This document shows, piece by piece, positions 9,752-18,642 of a DNA stretch of 64,000 bases. Location of the stretch: NCBI GenBank assembly GCA_963779415.1, contig CAVZYA010000001.1:1568001-1632000 (forward strand). The letters are read 5' to 3'. The position numbers and the translations under genes were made by a program. The notes below the pieces were generated by a model. It searched no databases. It saw only the letters and a program-made list of their open reading frames with translations, and was not told the origin of the DNA. This stretch comes from an uncultured Acidobacteriota bacterium (GTDB lineage: Bacteria; Acidobacteriota; Thermoanaerobaculia; UBA5066). Position 1 is the first letter of the stretch, and each line of letters begins with the position of its first letter.

Positions 9752-9770
9752 CGGGGCCGGTCCGGCCCCG
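9752..9770 (+). promoter_or_regulatory. Putative SECIS element for UGA 9740
   Basis: Perfect hairpin CGGGGCC-GGTCC-GGCCCCG; loop starts 16 nt after UGA 9740 but only 7 nt after the terminal UGA 9749; no U-tract. Confidence 0.55.
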
Positions 9771-9797
9771 CCGAGAACCCGAGGCCGGGCGCGCGGA

Positions 9798-10673
9798 TCA
9801 GAGGTCGCGCGCCTTGAAGGTGTCGCAGCCGGCGACGTCGCCGGTTTCGAGCCCCCGCCGGAACCACTTGACACGTTGCGCCGAGGAGCCGTGGGTGAAC
9901 GACTCCGGGCGGACGCCGCGTCCCGCGCTCCGCTGGAGCCGGTCGTCACCGATGGCGGCCGCCGCGTTCAGCCCCGACTCGACGTCCCCGGACTCGAGGA
10001 TCCCACGCTCGCTCGTCGAGTGGCCCCAGACGCCCGCAAGGCAGTCGGCCTGAAGCTCCAGCCGGACGGAGAGAGCGTTCGCGAGGTCCGGCCGCGACTC
10101 CTGCGCGCGGCGCATCTCGCGCTCGATCCCGAGGAGGTTCTGGACGTGATGCCCCAGCTCGTGAGCGACGACGTAGGCCTCGGCGAACTCGCCCGGCGCC
10201 CCGAAGCGGCGCTGAAGATCGTCGTAGAAGGCGAGGTCGATGTAGACCTTCCGGTCGCCCGGGCAGTAGAAGGGACCGCTCGCCGCGCTCGCGAAGCCGC
10301 AGGCGGAGTCGATCGCGTCGGTGAAGAGAACGAGTTTCGCCCGCTCGTACCGCCCGTCGAGGAGTCGCCCCCACGTCGCTTGCGCGTCGTCGAGGACGAA
10401 GGAGACGAACTGCACCCGCTGATCCTCGCTCGCCCGCGCCGCGGTCGAGGGGCCGGGCCGCGTCGAGGACGAAGGGGCAGGGGCGACGGTCGCCTCCGGG
10501 CCGCCGGAGAGAAGGGCGAAGAAGTCCTTCTTGAAGACGATCGAGAGGACCGCGAGAAGAATAAAGCCTCCGAGTCCGAGGCGCATTCCCCCGCCGCCGA
10601 AGCCCCCTCCCGCCGGAGTCTCACCTCTCCGATCCTCGACGTCCTCGCTCTGCCCGCCCGGCGTCCAGCGCAT
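9798..10673 (-). CDS. Neutral zinc metallopeptidase (YpfJ-like)
   Basis: SEDVEDRRG N-terminus, SGPFYCPGD, AHELGHHVQ (HExxH), ELQADCLAG, FTHGSSAQR. Confidence 0.92.
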   Translation of the reverse strand: MRWTPGGQSEDVEDRRGETPAGGGFGGGGMRLGLGGFILLAVLSIVFKKDFFALLSGGPEATVAPAPSSSTRPGPSTAARASEDQRVQFVSFVLDDAQATWGRLLDGRYERAKLVLFTDAIDSACGFASAASGPFYCPGDRKVYIDLAFYDDLQRRFGAPGEFAEAYVVAHELGHHVQNLLGIEREMRRAQESRPDLANALSVRLELQADCLAGVWGHSTSERGILESGDVESGLNAAAAIGDDRLQRSAGRGVRPESFTHGSSAQRVKWFRRGLETGDVAGCDTFKARDL

Positions 10674-10698
10674 GCTCGTCCCCCTCCCGGTGCGGAAT

Positions 10699-12336
10699 CT
10701 ACTCGATCGCCGCCGTCGACCGCACCTGCTGGCGGAGCAGGTACTTCTGGATCTTCCCGGTGGACGTCTTCGGGATCGGCTGAAAGATGAACGCCTTCGG
10801 CACCTTGAAGTGGGCCATCCGCTCGCGGCAGAACTCCCGAAGCTCCTCGGCGGTGGCGCTCCTTCCCTCCCGAAGCTCGACGTAGGCGCACGGGACCTCT
10901 CCCCACTTCGGGTCGGGGGTCGCGACGACCGCGGCGGTCAGGACCGCCGGATGCCGGTAGAGCGTCTCCTCGATCTCGACGGAGGAGATGTTCTCTCCCC
11001 CCGAGATGATGATGCCCTTCGACCGGTCCCTGATCTTGACGTACCCGTCCTCCTCCCGCACGGCGAGGTCGCCCGTGTGGTACCAGCCGCCGCGGAAGGC
11101 CTCCTCGGTCGCCTTCGGGTTCTTCAGGTACCCCTTCATCGTCAGGTTCCCTCGAAACATGATTTCGCCCATCGTCTCGCCGTCACGCGGGACGGGCTGC
11201 ATCGTCTGCGGATCGAGGACCGTGACCGCCTCCTGCATGTGATAGCGGACCCCCTGCCGGCCGTTCCGCTCCGTTCGCTCCTCGATCGTCAGGGCTCCCC
11301 ACTCCTGGTGCTTGGCGCAGATCGCGGCCGGCCCGTAGGTCTCGGTCAGGCCGTAGACGTGGGTGATGTCGAAGCCGATCCGCTCCATCCCCTCGATCAC
11401 GGCGGAAGGCGGCGGCGCCGCGGCCACGAGTGCAAAGACCCGGTGGTCGATCCCCTCCCGCCACGCGGCCGGAGCGCTCACGAGGAGCGAGTGGACGACG
11501 GGCGCGCCGCAGTAATGCGTCACCCGGTGCTTCCGGATCGCTTCGAGGATCCGCTTCGCGTCGACGCGGCGAAGGCAGATGTTGGTCCCCGAATTCGCCG
11601 CGAGAGTCCAGGGGAAGCACCAGCCGTTGCAGTGGAACATCGGAAGCGTCCAGAGGTAGACGGCGTGCGGCGGCATCCCCCAGCTGACGATGTTGGAGAC
11701 GGCGTTCAGGTAGGCGCCCCTGTGGTGATAGACGACCCCCTTCGGATTCCCGGTCGTCCCCGACGTGTAGTTGAGGGAGATCGCGTCCCACTCGTCGGCG
11801 GGGCCCCGCCACGCGTATTCGGCGTCGCCCCCGGCGAGAAGCTCCTCGTAGCCGATCCCGCCGATGCCGTCGGCGGGGAGGCGCGCCTCGGAGTCGTGCA
11901 CGTCGACGAGGAGGAGCGGCCGCGGGATCCGGGCGACGGCCTGCCTCATCCGCTCGGCGAACTCGCTGTCGCAGATCACGGCCCGGGCCTCGCCATGTTC
12001 GAGCATGAAGGCGATCGTCTCGACATCGAGGCGGGTGTTGATCGTGTGGAGGACCGCTCCCGCCATCGGCACGCCAAAGTGACATTCGTACATCTCCGGC
12101 GTGTTCGCGAGCATCACGGAGACTGTCTCTCCCGGGCCGACCCCGCTCGCGGCGAGCGCCGACGCGAGGCGCCGGCAGCGCGCGTACGTCTCGCTCCAGG
12201 TGTAGGAGCGCGCGCCATGGACGACCGCGAGGCGGTCCGGGTAGACGGAGGCCGAACGCTCGAGAAAGGTGAGCGGCGTCAGCGGAACGTAGTTCGCGGC
12301 GTTCCTTTCGAGACCGGTCCGGTAGAGGTTCGTCAT
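10699..12336 (-). CDS. Acyl-CoA synthetase (AMP-forming)
   Basis: YTSGTTGNPKG, YGLTE, WYHTGDLA, IISGGENI, PKTSTGKIQK. Confidence 0.95.
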   Translation of the reverse strand: MTNLYRTGLERNAANYVPLTPLTFLERSASVYPDRLAVVHGARSYTWSETYARCRRLASALAASGVGPGETVSVMLANTPEMYECHFGVPMAGAVLHTINTRLDVETIAFMLEHGEARAVICDSEFAERMRQAVARIPRPLLLVDVHDSEARLPADGIGGIGYEELLAGGDAEYAWRGPADEWDAISLNYTSGTTGNPKGVVYHHRGAYLNAVSNIVSWGMPPHAVYLWTLPMFHCNGWCFPWTLAANSGTNICLRRVDAKRILEAIRKHRVTHYCGAPVVHSLLVSAPAAWREGIDHRVFALVAAAPPPSAVIEGMERIGFDITHVYGLTETYGPAAICAKHQEWGALTIEERTERNGRQGVRYHMQEAVTVLDPQTMQPVPRDGETMGEIMFRGNLTMKGYLKNPKATEEAFRGGWYHTGDLAVREEDGYVKIRDRSKGIIISGGENISSVEIEETLYRHPAVLTAAVVATPDPKWGEVPCAYVELREGRSATAEELREFCRERMAHFKVPKAFIFQPIPKTSTGKIQKYLLRQQVRSTAAIE

Positions 12337-12379
12337 CGGCGTCTCTCCCCAAGGTGAAGTCTAAATGCCCGGAGAGACG

Positions 12380-12405
12380 AAAAAGCCCCCGTTTCCGGGG
12401 GCTTT
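12380..12405 (-). terminator. Rho-independent terminator downstream of the DUF3300 gene
   Basis: Minus strand AAAGCCCCCG-GAAA-CGGGGGCTTTTT. Confidence 0.7.
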
Positions 12406-12535
12406 GGGGTGCTCTGCCCCCCAATTTTCCAGACACATGGCTCCGACGGATGATGACGTTGCGCACGTCTTTCAACCGAATATCGAACGGCGGTCGGCCC
12501 GGCGCCGGCGACTCGGAATTCCTTCTACGGCACCG

Positions 12536-13870
12536 TCAGCGACGGTGCCCGCCGCCATGCGAACCGCCACCGGCGCTGAAGCCACCGCCGGACCAGTGTG
12601 AGCCGCCGGCGCTACCGAAGCTGCGCCCGCTACTTGTCGGCGCATACCCCCGCGGCGCCGGAGCCGAGTACCGCTGTGCCGGAGCCGAGTACCGCTGTAC
12701 CGGTGCCGAGTACCGCTGTACGGGAGCCGAGTACCGCTGTACCGGAGCCGAGTACCGCTGTGCCGGAGCCGCGGATCGCCGCGTCGGAATCTGGCCGCGT
12801 GTCGTGCCGCGGGAGGTTCGCCACGCCTCATCCGATGCGCGGCTCACGCGAGGCGAACCCGCATAGCGAGAACTCTGCTCAAACGACCGGCTTTGGTTCC
12901 TTGACACCGTCCCGGCCCCGAACCGGTTCCAGTTCCCGGGTCTCGCCGTCAGGTTCCGGGAAGCCATCGAGCCAGCGTTGTAGCGCGCGGCAACCCTTCT
13001 GTCCGGGTAGCTGACTCCGTGACGGTGACCGGGATCGTGATGCCAGTCCCCTCTGCCGCCATGCCCGCCCGGCAAGTACCTGCAGTGGTAGCCATAGTGT
13101 CGGAAGAAGGGTCCGTTGACGTACACCGATCCGCCGAACCAGTTCGGGCCCCAGCCCCAGCCCCACGCCCAGCCCGGCCAGCTGCCGAAGCAGAATCCGA
13201 TGTCGATGGCCGGACCGAATCCATAACCCCAAGGGTACGAGAGGGCCGGATAGTAACCCCACGCCGGAGCTCCCCAGACATAGGCGGGATCGTATTGGGG
13301 CACGTAGATCACCTGCGGATCGGCCGGTGCGATGTCGATGGCCGTCAGTCCGTTATCCGTCTCGGTCGTGACGATCTGCTGTGGAGTGGAAGAGAGCTTG
13401 CCGCTGGCCTTCGCCCGCGCACGCAGCCGCTGAACCGCGGCCATCACATCCGATCGCTGCGCGAGGAAGGCGTTGCCTAATGCCGCCGTCCACTCGACGT
13501 CCCGGTTCATCGTCGCCAGGACGTCGGGGAAGGCCACGAGGCTCTGAACGCTGGCGTCCCAATCCTGCTCGCGGGCGGCATCCGTCAGCTGCTGTCCCTT
13601 GAGACTTCCATTCCGCTCCAGCCACTGCTGCGCCTCTACGACCTCCAGCGGGTAAGTGCTCGCCACGAGGATCTGACTCAGCAGAGGATCGGGATAGAGC
13701 GCGATGGGAGCCACGAGATCAGCCAGCTGGTCCGGAGTCAGCTTCTCCGCCTGGATCGACGCCTGATCTCCGGCCCCCCCGGTGGACGCCTGTTCCTGGG
13801 CCATCGACACGAACGGAATTCCCGTTAAAACCGCTAACACCAAGACCTGACGCGCCAATCGAGATTTCAT
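12536..13870 (-). CDS. DUF3300 domain exported protein with low-complexity Gly/Arg tail
   Basis: LVAPIALYPDPLLSQILVASTYPLEVV, WDASVQSL, IYVPQYDP; signal peptide after ATG 13870. Confidence 0.88.
   Translation of the reverse strand: MKSRLARQVLVLAVLTGIPFVSMAQEQASTGGAGDQASIQAEKLTPDQLADLVAPIALYPDPLLSQILVASTYPLEVVEAQQWLERNGSLKGQQLTDAAREQDWDASVQSLVAFPDVLATMNRDVEWTAALGNAFLAQRSDVMAAVQRLRARAKASGKLSSTPQQIVTTETDNGLTAIDIAPADPQVIYVPQYDPAYVWGAPAWGYYPALSYPWGYGFGPAIDIGFCFGSWPGWAWGWGWGPNWFGGSVYVNGPFFRHYGYHCRYLPGGHGGRGDWHHDPGHRHGVSYPDRRVAARYNAGSMASRNLTARPGNWNRFGAGTVSRNQSRSFEQSSRYAGSPRVSRASDEAWRTSRGTTRGQIPTRRSAAPAQRYSAPVQRYSAPVQRYSAPVQRYSAPAQRYSAPAPRGYAPTSSGRSFGSAGGSHWSGGGFSAGGGSHGGGHRR
12658..12771. repeat. 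21-bp coding tandem repeat, about 5.4 copies, encoding SAP(V/A)QRY
   Basis: CCGGAGCCGAGTACCGCTGT(A/G) units at 12658, 12679, 12700, 12721, 12742 plus a partial copy. Confidence 0.95.
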
Positions 13871-14094
13871 CTTCCACCCCCTTGGCGGACCCACACCGAG
13901 AAGACGCAACGCTCGTGCCGCCGTGGCGTCACCCCAAGGATACGTCGAGGGGAAACGTATGGTGCCGACTTTCGGTGTGCGCCGCGCTCCCGGTGCCGCG
14001 ATTGTCCCTGAAGCCCCTGCTGGGCCCTGTGCGACGATTGGTCCGTGGACATCTCTGATCCCGAGATCTCGTGCCGAGCGGTCTCGGGCCACCG

Positions 14095-15063
14095 ATGAGG
14101 GTCAGCGTCGTCATTCCGACCTACAACTGTGCGGCGTATCTGCCGACCTGTCTGGAAGGGGTCTTCGCGCAGACCTGGCGGGACCTCGAGGTGATCGTCG
14201 TTGACGATGGCAGCACCGATGGCACCGGGGACGCGCTGCGCCCGTGGATGGAAAAAATCCGCTGCATCCGGCAGGCGAACGCCGGCGTCGCGGCCGCCCG
14301 GAATGCCGGCATCTGTTCTTCCTCCGGCCCGCTGGTCGCTTTCCTCGATGCGGACGACCTGTGGGCGGAGCGGAAGCTCGAGCTCGAAGTCGCGGCCCTC
14401 ACGGCCGAACCGGGCGCGGGACTCGTCTGCTCTGACTTCTCGATCGAGCACGCCGACGGAACGGTCCTCGATTCCTACTTTCGGCAGCGCGGCGGCTACG
14501 AGACCGGCCGTGTCTTCTCGCCGCTGGTGCGAAGCTGCTTCATCTTCACCTCGACCGTCATCATGCGGCGCTCCCTCATCGACACCCTCGGCGGATTCAA
14601 CGAGTCCATCGGCTGGGGCGACGACTACAACATGTGGCTCCGGGCGGCGCTACGGAGCCGCATCCAGGTCGTCCCGGAAGTCCTATGCACGAAGCGGGAG
14701 CGCCCGGGCAACGTGAGACCCTTCGAGGAGATGGCCGCCTACACGATCGGGGCGCTCCGGAACCTCTTCACGCAAGCGCCGGAAATGACCCGGGAGGAGT
14801 GGCTGCTCCTTCGGCGCGAGGTCGGACGGCTCGAGTATTCCCTCGGGAGGCATCTACTCTTGCGGGAAAGGAGCAGGGACGCGCGTCCCAGGCTCCGGGC
14901 GGCCGTGGAGCTGGGCCACTCGCGCGCGTCGGCCGCAGCCCTGGTCTGCCTGAGCTTCCTGCCGGGGGCGGCCTTTCGTCAGGCCGTCAAAACCCGGCGG
15001 CGCCTGCGAGCGTTGATCGACGACATTCGGGTTGCCCGGACTGCACCGGGGAGCGAGCCATGA
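14095..15063 (+). CDS. Glycosyltransferase family 2
   Basis: MRVSVVIPTYN, VVDDGSTDGT, AARNAG, FLDADD. Confidence 0.93.
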   Translation: MRVSVVIPTYNCAAYLPTCLEGVFAQTWRDLEVIVVDDGSTDGTGDALRPWMEKIRCIRQANAGVAAARNAGICSSSGPLVAFLDADDLWAERKLELEVAALTAEPGAGLVCSDFSIEHADGTVLDSYFRQRGGYETGRVFSPLVRSCFIFTSTVIMRRSLIDTLGGFNESIGWGDDYNMWLRAALRSRIQVVPEVLCTKRERPGNVRPFEEMAAYTIGALRNLFTQAPEMTREEWLLLRREVGRLEYSLGRHLLLRERSRDARPRLRAAVELGHSRASAAALVCLSFLPGAAFRQAVKTRRRLRALIDDIRVARTAPGSEP

Positions 15064-15116
15064 ACTCTCGCGCGTTCCAGGTGATCTGCCCGATCGTCAC
15101 CCTGACTATTCCAAAA

Positions 15117-15193
15117 TGGCGGGGCCGACGAGGCTCGAACTCGCGACCTCAGGCGTGACAGGCCTGCGCTCTAACCAACTGAGCTACGACCCC
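15117..15193 (-). tRNA. tRNA-Asp (GTC)
   Basis: GGGGTCGTAGCTCAGTTGGTTAGAGCG CAGGC-CTGTCAC-GCCTG ...GTTCGAG...CCCCGCCA cloverleaf with encoded CCA. Confidence 0.97.
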
Positions 15194-15243
15194 GCGTGAT
15201 GCGTGACTTTTCTCCCGCCCGTGCCGCGGCCGGCAGCTCCACA

Positions 15244-15319
15244 TGGTGGGAGGTACCGGACTCGAACCGATGACTTCCTGCGTGTAAAGCAGGCGCTCTA
15301 CCAACTGAGCTAACCTCCC
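15244..15319 (-). tRNA. tRNA-Val (TAC)
   Basis: GGGAGGTTAGCTCAGTTGGTAGAGCG CCTGC-TTTACAC-GCAGG ...GTTCGAG...CTCCCACCA. Confidence 0.97.
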
Positions 15320-15426
15320 GCGGCTTCCGGGAGACTCGTGCCAAAGACCGGCCCAGGACAATTCGCCGGGGCGGGCGAAGATACCTCCGGGGTCCCGTTC
15401 CGTCAAGAAACGTACTCGCCGCGCGT

Positions 15427-16077
15427 CTACTTCAGCGAGTCGCTTCCGCCGGCCGTCGAGCGAAATTCGGGCGGGATGTGGCCGACGTCGTCGAGCAGGA
15501 TCGACGTGACGGAGCCGCGCCCGTTCCAGTCGAACGTCGAGAGAGATCCGTTCCGCTGGCGGATCTCGTCCATCCGCGAAAGCGGCCTGGAGAGGAGCGT
15601 CGCCATCAGGATCCGGTTGAACCGGCCGTGGGCCACGACGAGGGCGTGGGTCGTCTGCAGTCCGCTGAGGCGCTCGAGAAAGCGCGCCGCGCGCCGGCCA
15701 GCCGCCACGGGGGATTCGCCGTCGGCTGGCGCCGCTTCGAGGTCCCCCGCGCGCCAGCGGGCGCGGATGACGGCCACTTCGCGCTCCATCGCGTCGTCGA
15801 GGGGCCGGCCGCACCAGACGCCCCAGTCGAACTCGAGGAGGTCTGTGTCGAAGGCGATCGGCAGCCTGTGGGGAGCGGTGACGATCTCGGCCGTCTCGCG
15901 GGCCCGGATCATCGGGCTCGCGAACGCCGCATCGATCGGCTCGGCCGAAAGGCGCGTCGAGAGAGCCTCGGCCTGCCGGATCCCCCGCGGGGAGAGCGGC
16001 TCGTCCACCCGCGAGCCCTGCAGCGTGCCGGCGAGGTTTCCCCGGCTCTCGCCGTGCCGCACGATGTAGAGACGCAC
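15427..16077 (-). CDS. Histidine phosphatase family protein (phosphoglycerate mutase-like)
   Basis: IVRHGES, SPMIRARETA, LLEFDWGVW, VVAHG. Confidence 0.92.
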   Translation of the reverse strand: MRLYIVRHGESRGNLAGTLQGSRVDEPLSPRGIRQAEALSTRLSAEPIDAAFASPMIRARETAEIVTAPHRLPIAFDTDLLEFDWGVWCGRPLDDAMEREVAVIRARWRAGDLEAAPADGESPVAAGRRAARFLERLSGLQTTHALVVAHGRFNRILMATLLSRPLSRMDEIRQRNGSLSTFDWNGRGSVTSILLDDVGHIPPEFRSTAGGSDSLK

Positions 16078-16116
16078 GGGCGGATTCTAGGACGGCTCCC
16101 CCGTATCATTCGGCGA

Positions 16117-17268
16117 ATGGCCCAGGACCGCGCCCGACGGCACCCCGAGGTGGCCGCGCTCCTTCGCGAGGACGGCCTCGAGGCGCTCTTCTCCGAGCGG
16201 TTCATGTCGGCGGCGGAGATCTTCGACGACCTCGTGAATGCCGCAGGCTGGCGGATTCTCGAGGCGATCGGGAGGCTCCCCTCGATCGAAGGAGAACCGG
16301 AGGACGCGGCGACCGACGCGACGTCCTTCCCTCCGCGGACGCGCCCCGCCTTTCGGTACCTCGTCCAGAAGCTTCTCTCCTCGGGCTTCCTCATCCGAAG
16401 AGATGGCCTTCTGGGCCGCTCGGAATCGTCACCGGCCTCCGTCGAGACGCTCGCCGCCGAGCTCGCCGCGCGCGAGCCGGGCGCCGCCGTCGGCGCCGAG
16501 ATCGTGACGCTCCTCGTCGACGAGGCGGCGGCGTTCTTCGCCGGGACGAAGTGCGGCGAGGAGATCCTCTTCGCGCCGAACCGTCTCCCGCTCTGGATCC
16601 GCTACTTCTCGAACGACAACGGTCTTTATGCGATCAACAACACCCTCGGCGCCGAGATCCTCGCGCGCTCCGTCCCGGCGGGCGCGGAGATCCTCGAGGT
16701 CGGCGGGGGGTGCGGAAGCGCGGCCGAAGCGGCTCTCCGCCGGCTCCAAAACGACGTCGCGAGGTACCGGTTCACGGAGATCGTCCCCGCGTTCGCCCGG
16801 CGGGGCGAGCGCGCGGCCCGCGCGGCGGCGTCGCCGGCGACCGTCGTGGAGGCAGCCCGGCTCGACATGACGAGGCCCTGGGCCGATCAGGGAGTCCCGC
16901 CCGGTTCCTTCGACGCCGTCTACTCCGTCAACTGCTTCCACGTCGCCCCCGACCTCGGCTTCGTCCTCGCGGAGGCGAACGCTGCCCTGAAGAGCGCCGG
17001 CGCCGTCGTCGTCTCCGAATGCATCCGCCCCTCGGTTCACGACCGGCCGACCTACGTCGAGTTCATCTTCGATTTTCTCGAGAGCTTCACGAACGTGGCG
17101 ACGGACCCTCTTCTCCGGCCGACGCACGGGTTTCTGACGCCCGACGCGTGGCGGCGGTCGTTCGTGGCGGCCGGATTCCCGATCGTGGAGATCGTCCCCG
17201 ACGTCGACCGCCTCGCCCGCCACTACCCGGATTTCTTCGTCGGCGCCGTCGTGGCGCGGAGGGGATGA
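16117..17268 (+). CDS. Class I SAM-dependent methyltransferase
   Basis: ILEVGGGCGS, FTEI, FDAVYSVNCFHVAPD; ATG 16117. Confidence 0.82.
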   Translation: MAQDRARRHPEVAALLREDGLEALFSERFMSAAEIFDDLVNAAGWRILEAIGRLPSIEGEPEDAATDATSFPPRTRPAFRYLVQKLLSSGFLIRRDGLLGRSESSPASVETLAAELAAREPGAAVGAEIVTLLVDEAAAFFAGTKCGEEILFAPNRLPLWIRYFSNDNGLYAINNTLGAEILARSVPAGAEILEVGGGCGSAAEAALRRLQNDVARYRFTEIVPAFARRGERAARAAASPATVVEAARLDMTRPWADQGVPPGSFDAVYSVNCFHVAPDLGFVLAEANAALKSAGAVVVSECIRPSVHDRPTYVEFIFDFLESFTNVATDPLLRPTHGFLTPDAWRRSFVAAGFPIVEIVPDVDRLARHYPDFFVGAVVARRG

Positions 17269-17284
17269 GGGGGCCGCCCTCCCG

Positions 17285-18592
17285 TCAGCGCTTCCGGCCC
17301 ATCGCCGCGAGAAGCTCCGCCGGCTCCTTCGGCGCGCCGTGCGTCAGGACGCGGGGCTCTCCTTCCGTCACGAGGACATCGTCCTCGATACGGACCCCGA
17401 GGCCGAGGTACTCCTTCGGGACGTTCCTTTCGTCGGGACGGACGTAGAGCCCCGGCTCCACCGTCAGAACCATTCCGGGGACGAGCGGCCGCGACTTCCC
17501 TTCCTCGTCGACGTAGCGCCCCCGGTCGTGGACGTCGAGGCCGAGCCAGTGCGACGTGTTGTGGAGGCAGAAGCGCTGGGCGGCGTTTTTCTTCTCGAGC
17601 ACCGCGCGGCGGCCGCGGACGAGCCCCATGTCGAGGAGCGCGTCGAGGAGGACCTCCCGCGCCGCGTCGTGGATCTGTGTGAAGCGGGCCCCGGCGACCG
17701 CCTTCCCGATCGCCGTCTTCTGTGCGCCGAGGACGGCATCGTAGAGGCGTCTCTGCGGCCGCGTGAAGCGTCCCGAGGCGGGAAAGGTGCGCGTGATGTC
17801 GCTCGCGTACCCTTCGAACGCGCACCCCGCATCGACGAGGACGAGGTCTCCGGTGGCGATCCGCGCGCGGTTCTCGTGGTAGTGGAGGATCGTGGCGTTC
17901 ACGCCCGCCGCGACGATCGAAGGGTAGGAGGGGCCGGAAGCCCCCGACTTCCGGAATCGCCTCTCGATCGCGGCCTCCATCTCGTATTCGAAGAGCCCCG
18001 GAGCAGCGAGAGCCATGGCGTCGCGGTGGGCGCGGGCCGCGATCGCGGCGGCGCGCTCCATCGCCCGGAGCTCTTCGGGCTCCTTGACGAGCCTCATCTC
18101 GTGAAGGATCTCCGTCGGGTCCTTCACGACGACCGGCCCCCGTTTCGGATTGCGGGCCTCGCGCCGGAACCGGCCGAGGAGGTCGGCCACCTGCCGGTCG
18201 GCCGACCCGCTCTGCCCGAGCGCGTGAAAGAGGACCGCGTGCTTCCGGATCAGCTCCGGGAGCCTCTTCGCGACTTCGCCGATCGGGAACGCGGCGTCGG
18301 CCCCGAAATCGCGCGTCGCCCCTTCGGGCCCCGCGCGGCGCCCCTCCCACGTCTCCCGCTCGCGATCCTTCGGCCGGACGAACATCGTCAGCCGCCGGCG
18401 GTCGGCGTCGAGAACGGCCATGGCCTCCGGCTCGGAAAAGCCGGTCAGGTACCAGAGGTCGGGGTCCGGGCGGTAACGGTAGTGGAGGTCCCATCCGAGC
18501 GACGCCTCGGGCGGGGCGAAAAGGAGAGCGATCCCCTCCCCCATCCGTTCGTAGAAACGCTCGCGGCGGCGGCGGAAGAGGTCGTGTGCCAC
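17285..18592 (-). CDS. pepP: Xaa-Pro aminopeptidase (M24B)
   Basis: YRPDPDLWYLTGF, LHY, DAGC..YASDITRT, HWLGLDVHD, TVEPG, GVRIEDD. Confidence 0.93.
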   Translation of the reverse strand: MAHDLFRRRRERFYERMGEGIALLFAPPEASLGWDLHYRYRPDPDLWYLTGFSEPEAMAVLDADRRRLTMFVRPKDRERETWEGRRAGPEGATRDFGADAAFPIGEVAKRLPELIRKHAVLFHALGQSGSADRQVADLLGRFRREARNPKRGPVVVKDPTEILHEMRLVKEPEELRAMERAAAIAARAHRDAMALAAPGLFEYEMEAAIERRFRKSGASGPSYPSIVAAGVNATILHYHENRARIATGDLVLVDAGCAFEGYASDITRTFPASGRFTRPQRRLYDAVLGAQKTAIGKAVAGARFTQIHDAAREVLLDALLDMGLVRGRRAVLEKKNAAQRFCLHNTSHWLGLDVHDRGRYVDEEGKSRPLVPGMVLTVEPGLYVRPDERNVPKEYLGLGVRIEDDVLVTEGEPRVLTHGAPKEPAELLAAMGRKR

Positions 18593-18642
18593 GGGTGAAG
18601 TCTAATCGGCCCTCGGCCGGCCCCCGTGCGACGATTCGCGGG

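Noticed and set aside
9582-10790. 402-aa plus-strand ORF
   Set aside because: Shadow of the zinc peptidase and out of frame with the selenoprotein.
12437-12452. TGGCTCCGACG as an att duplication of the tRNA-Asp 3' end
   Set aside because: Only a short gapped match to TGGCGGGGCCGACG, and no integrase.
12658-12771. 21-bp repeats as a CRISPR array
   Set aside because: Head-to-tail with no spacers, in frame inside a CDS, and no cas genes.
17285-18592. pepP as part of a collagen/hydroxyproline regulon with hypD
   Set aside because: It is 15 kb away in housekeeping context and no shared motif was seen.
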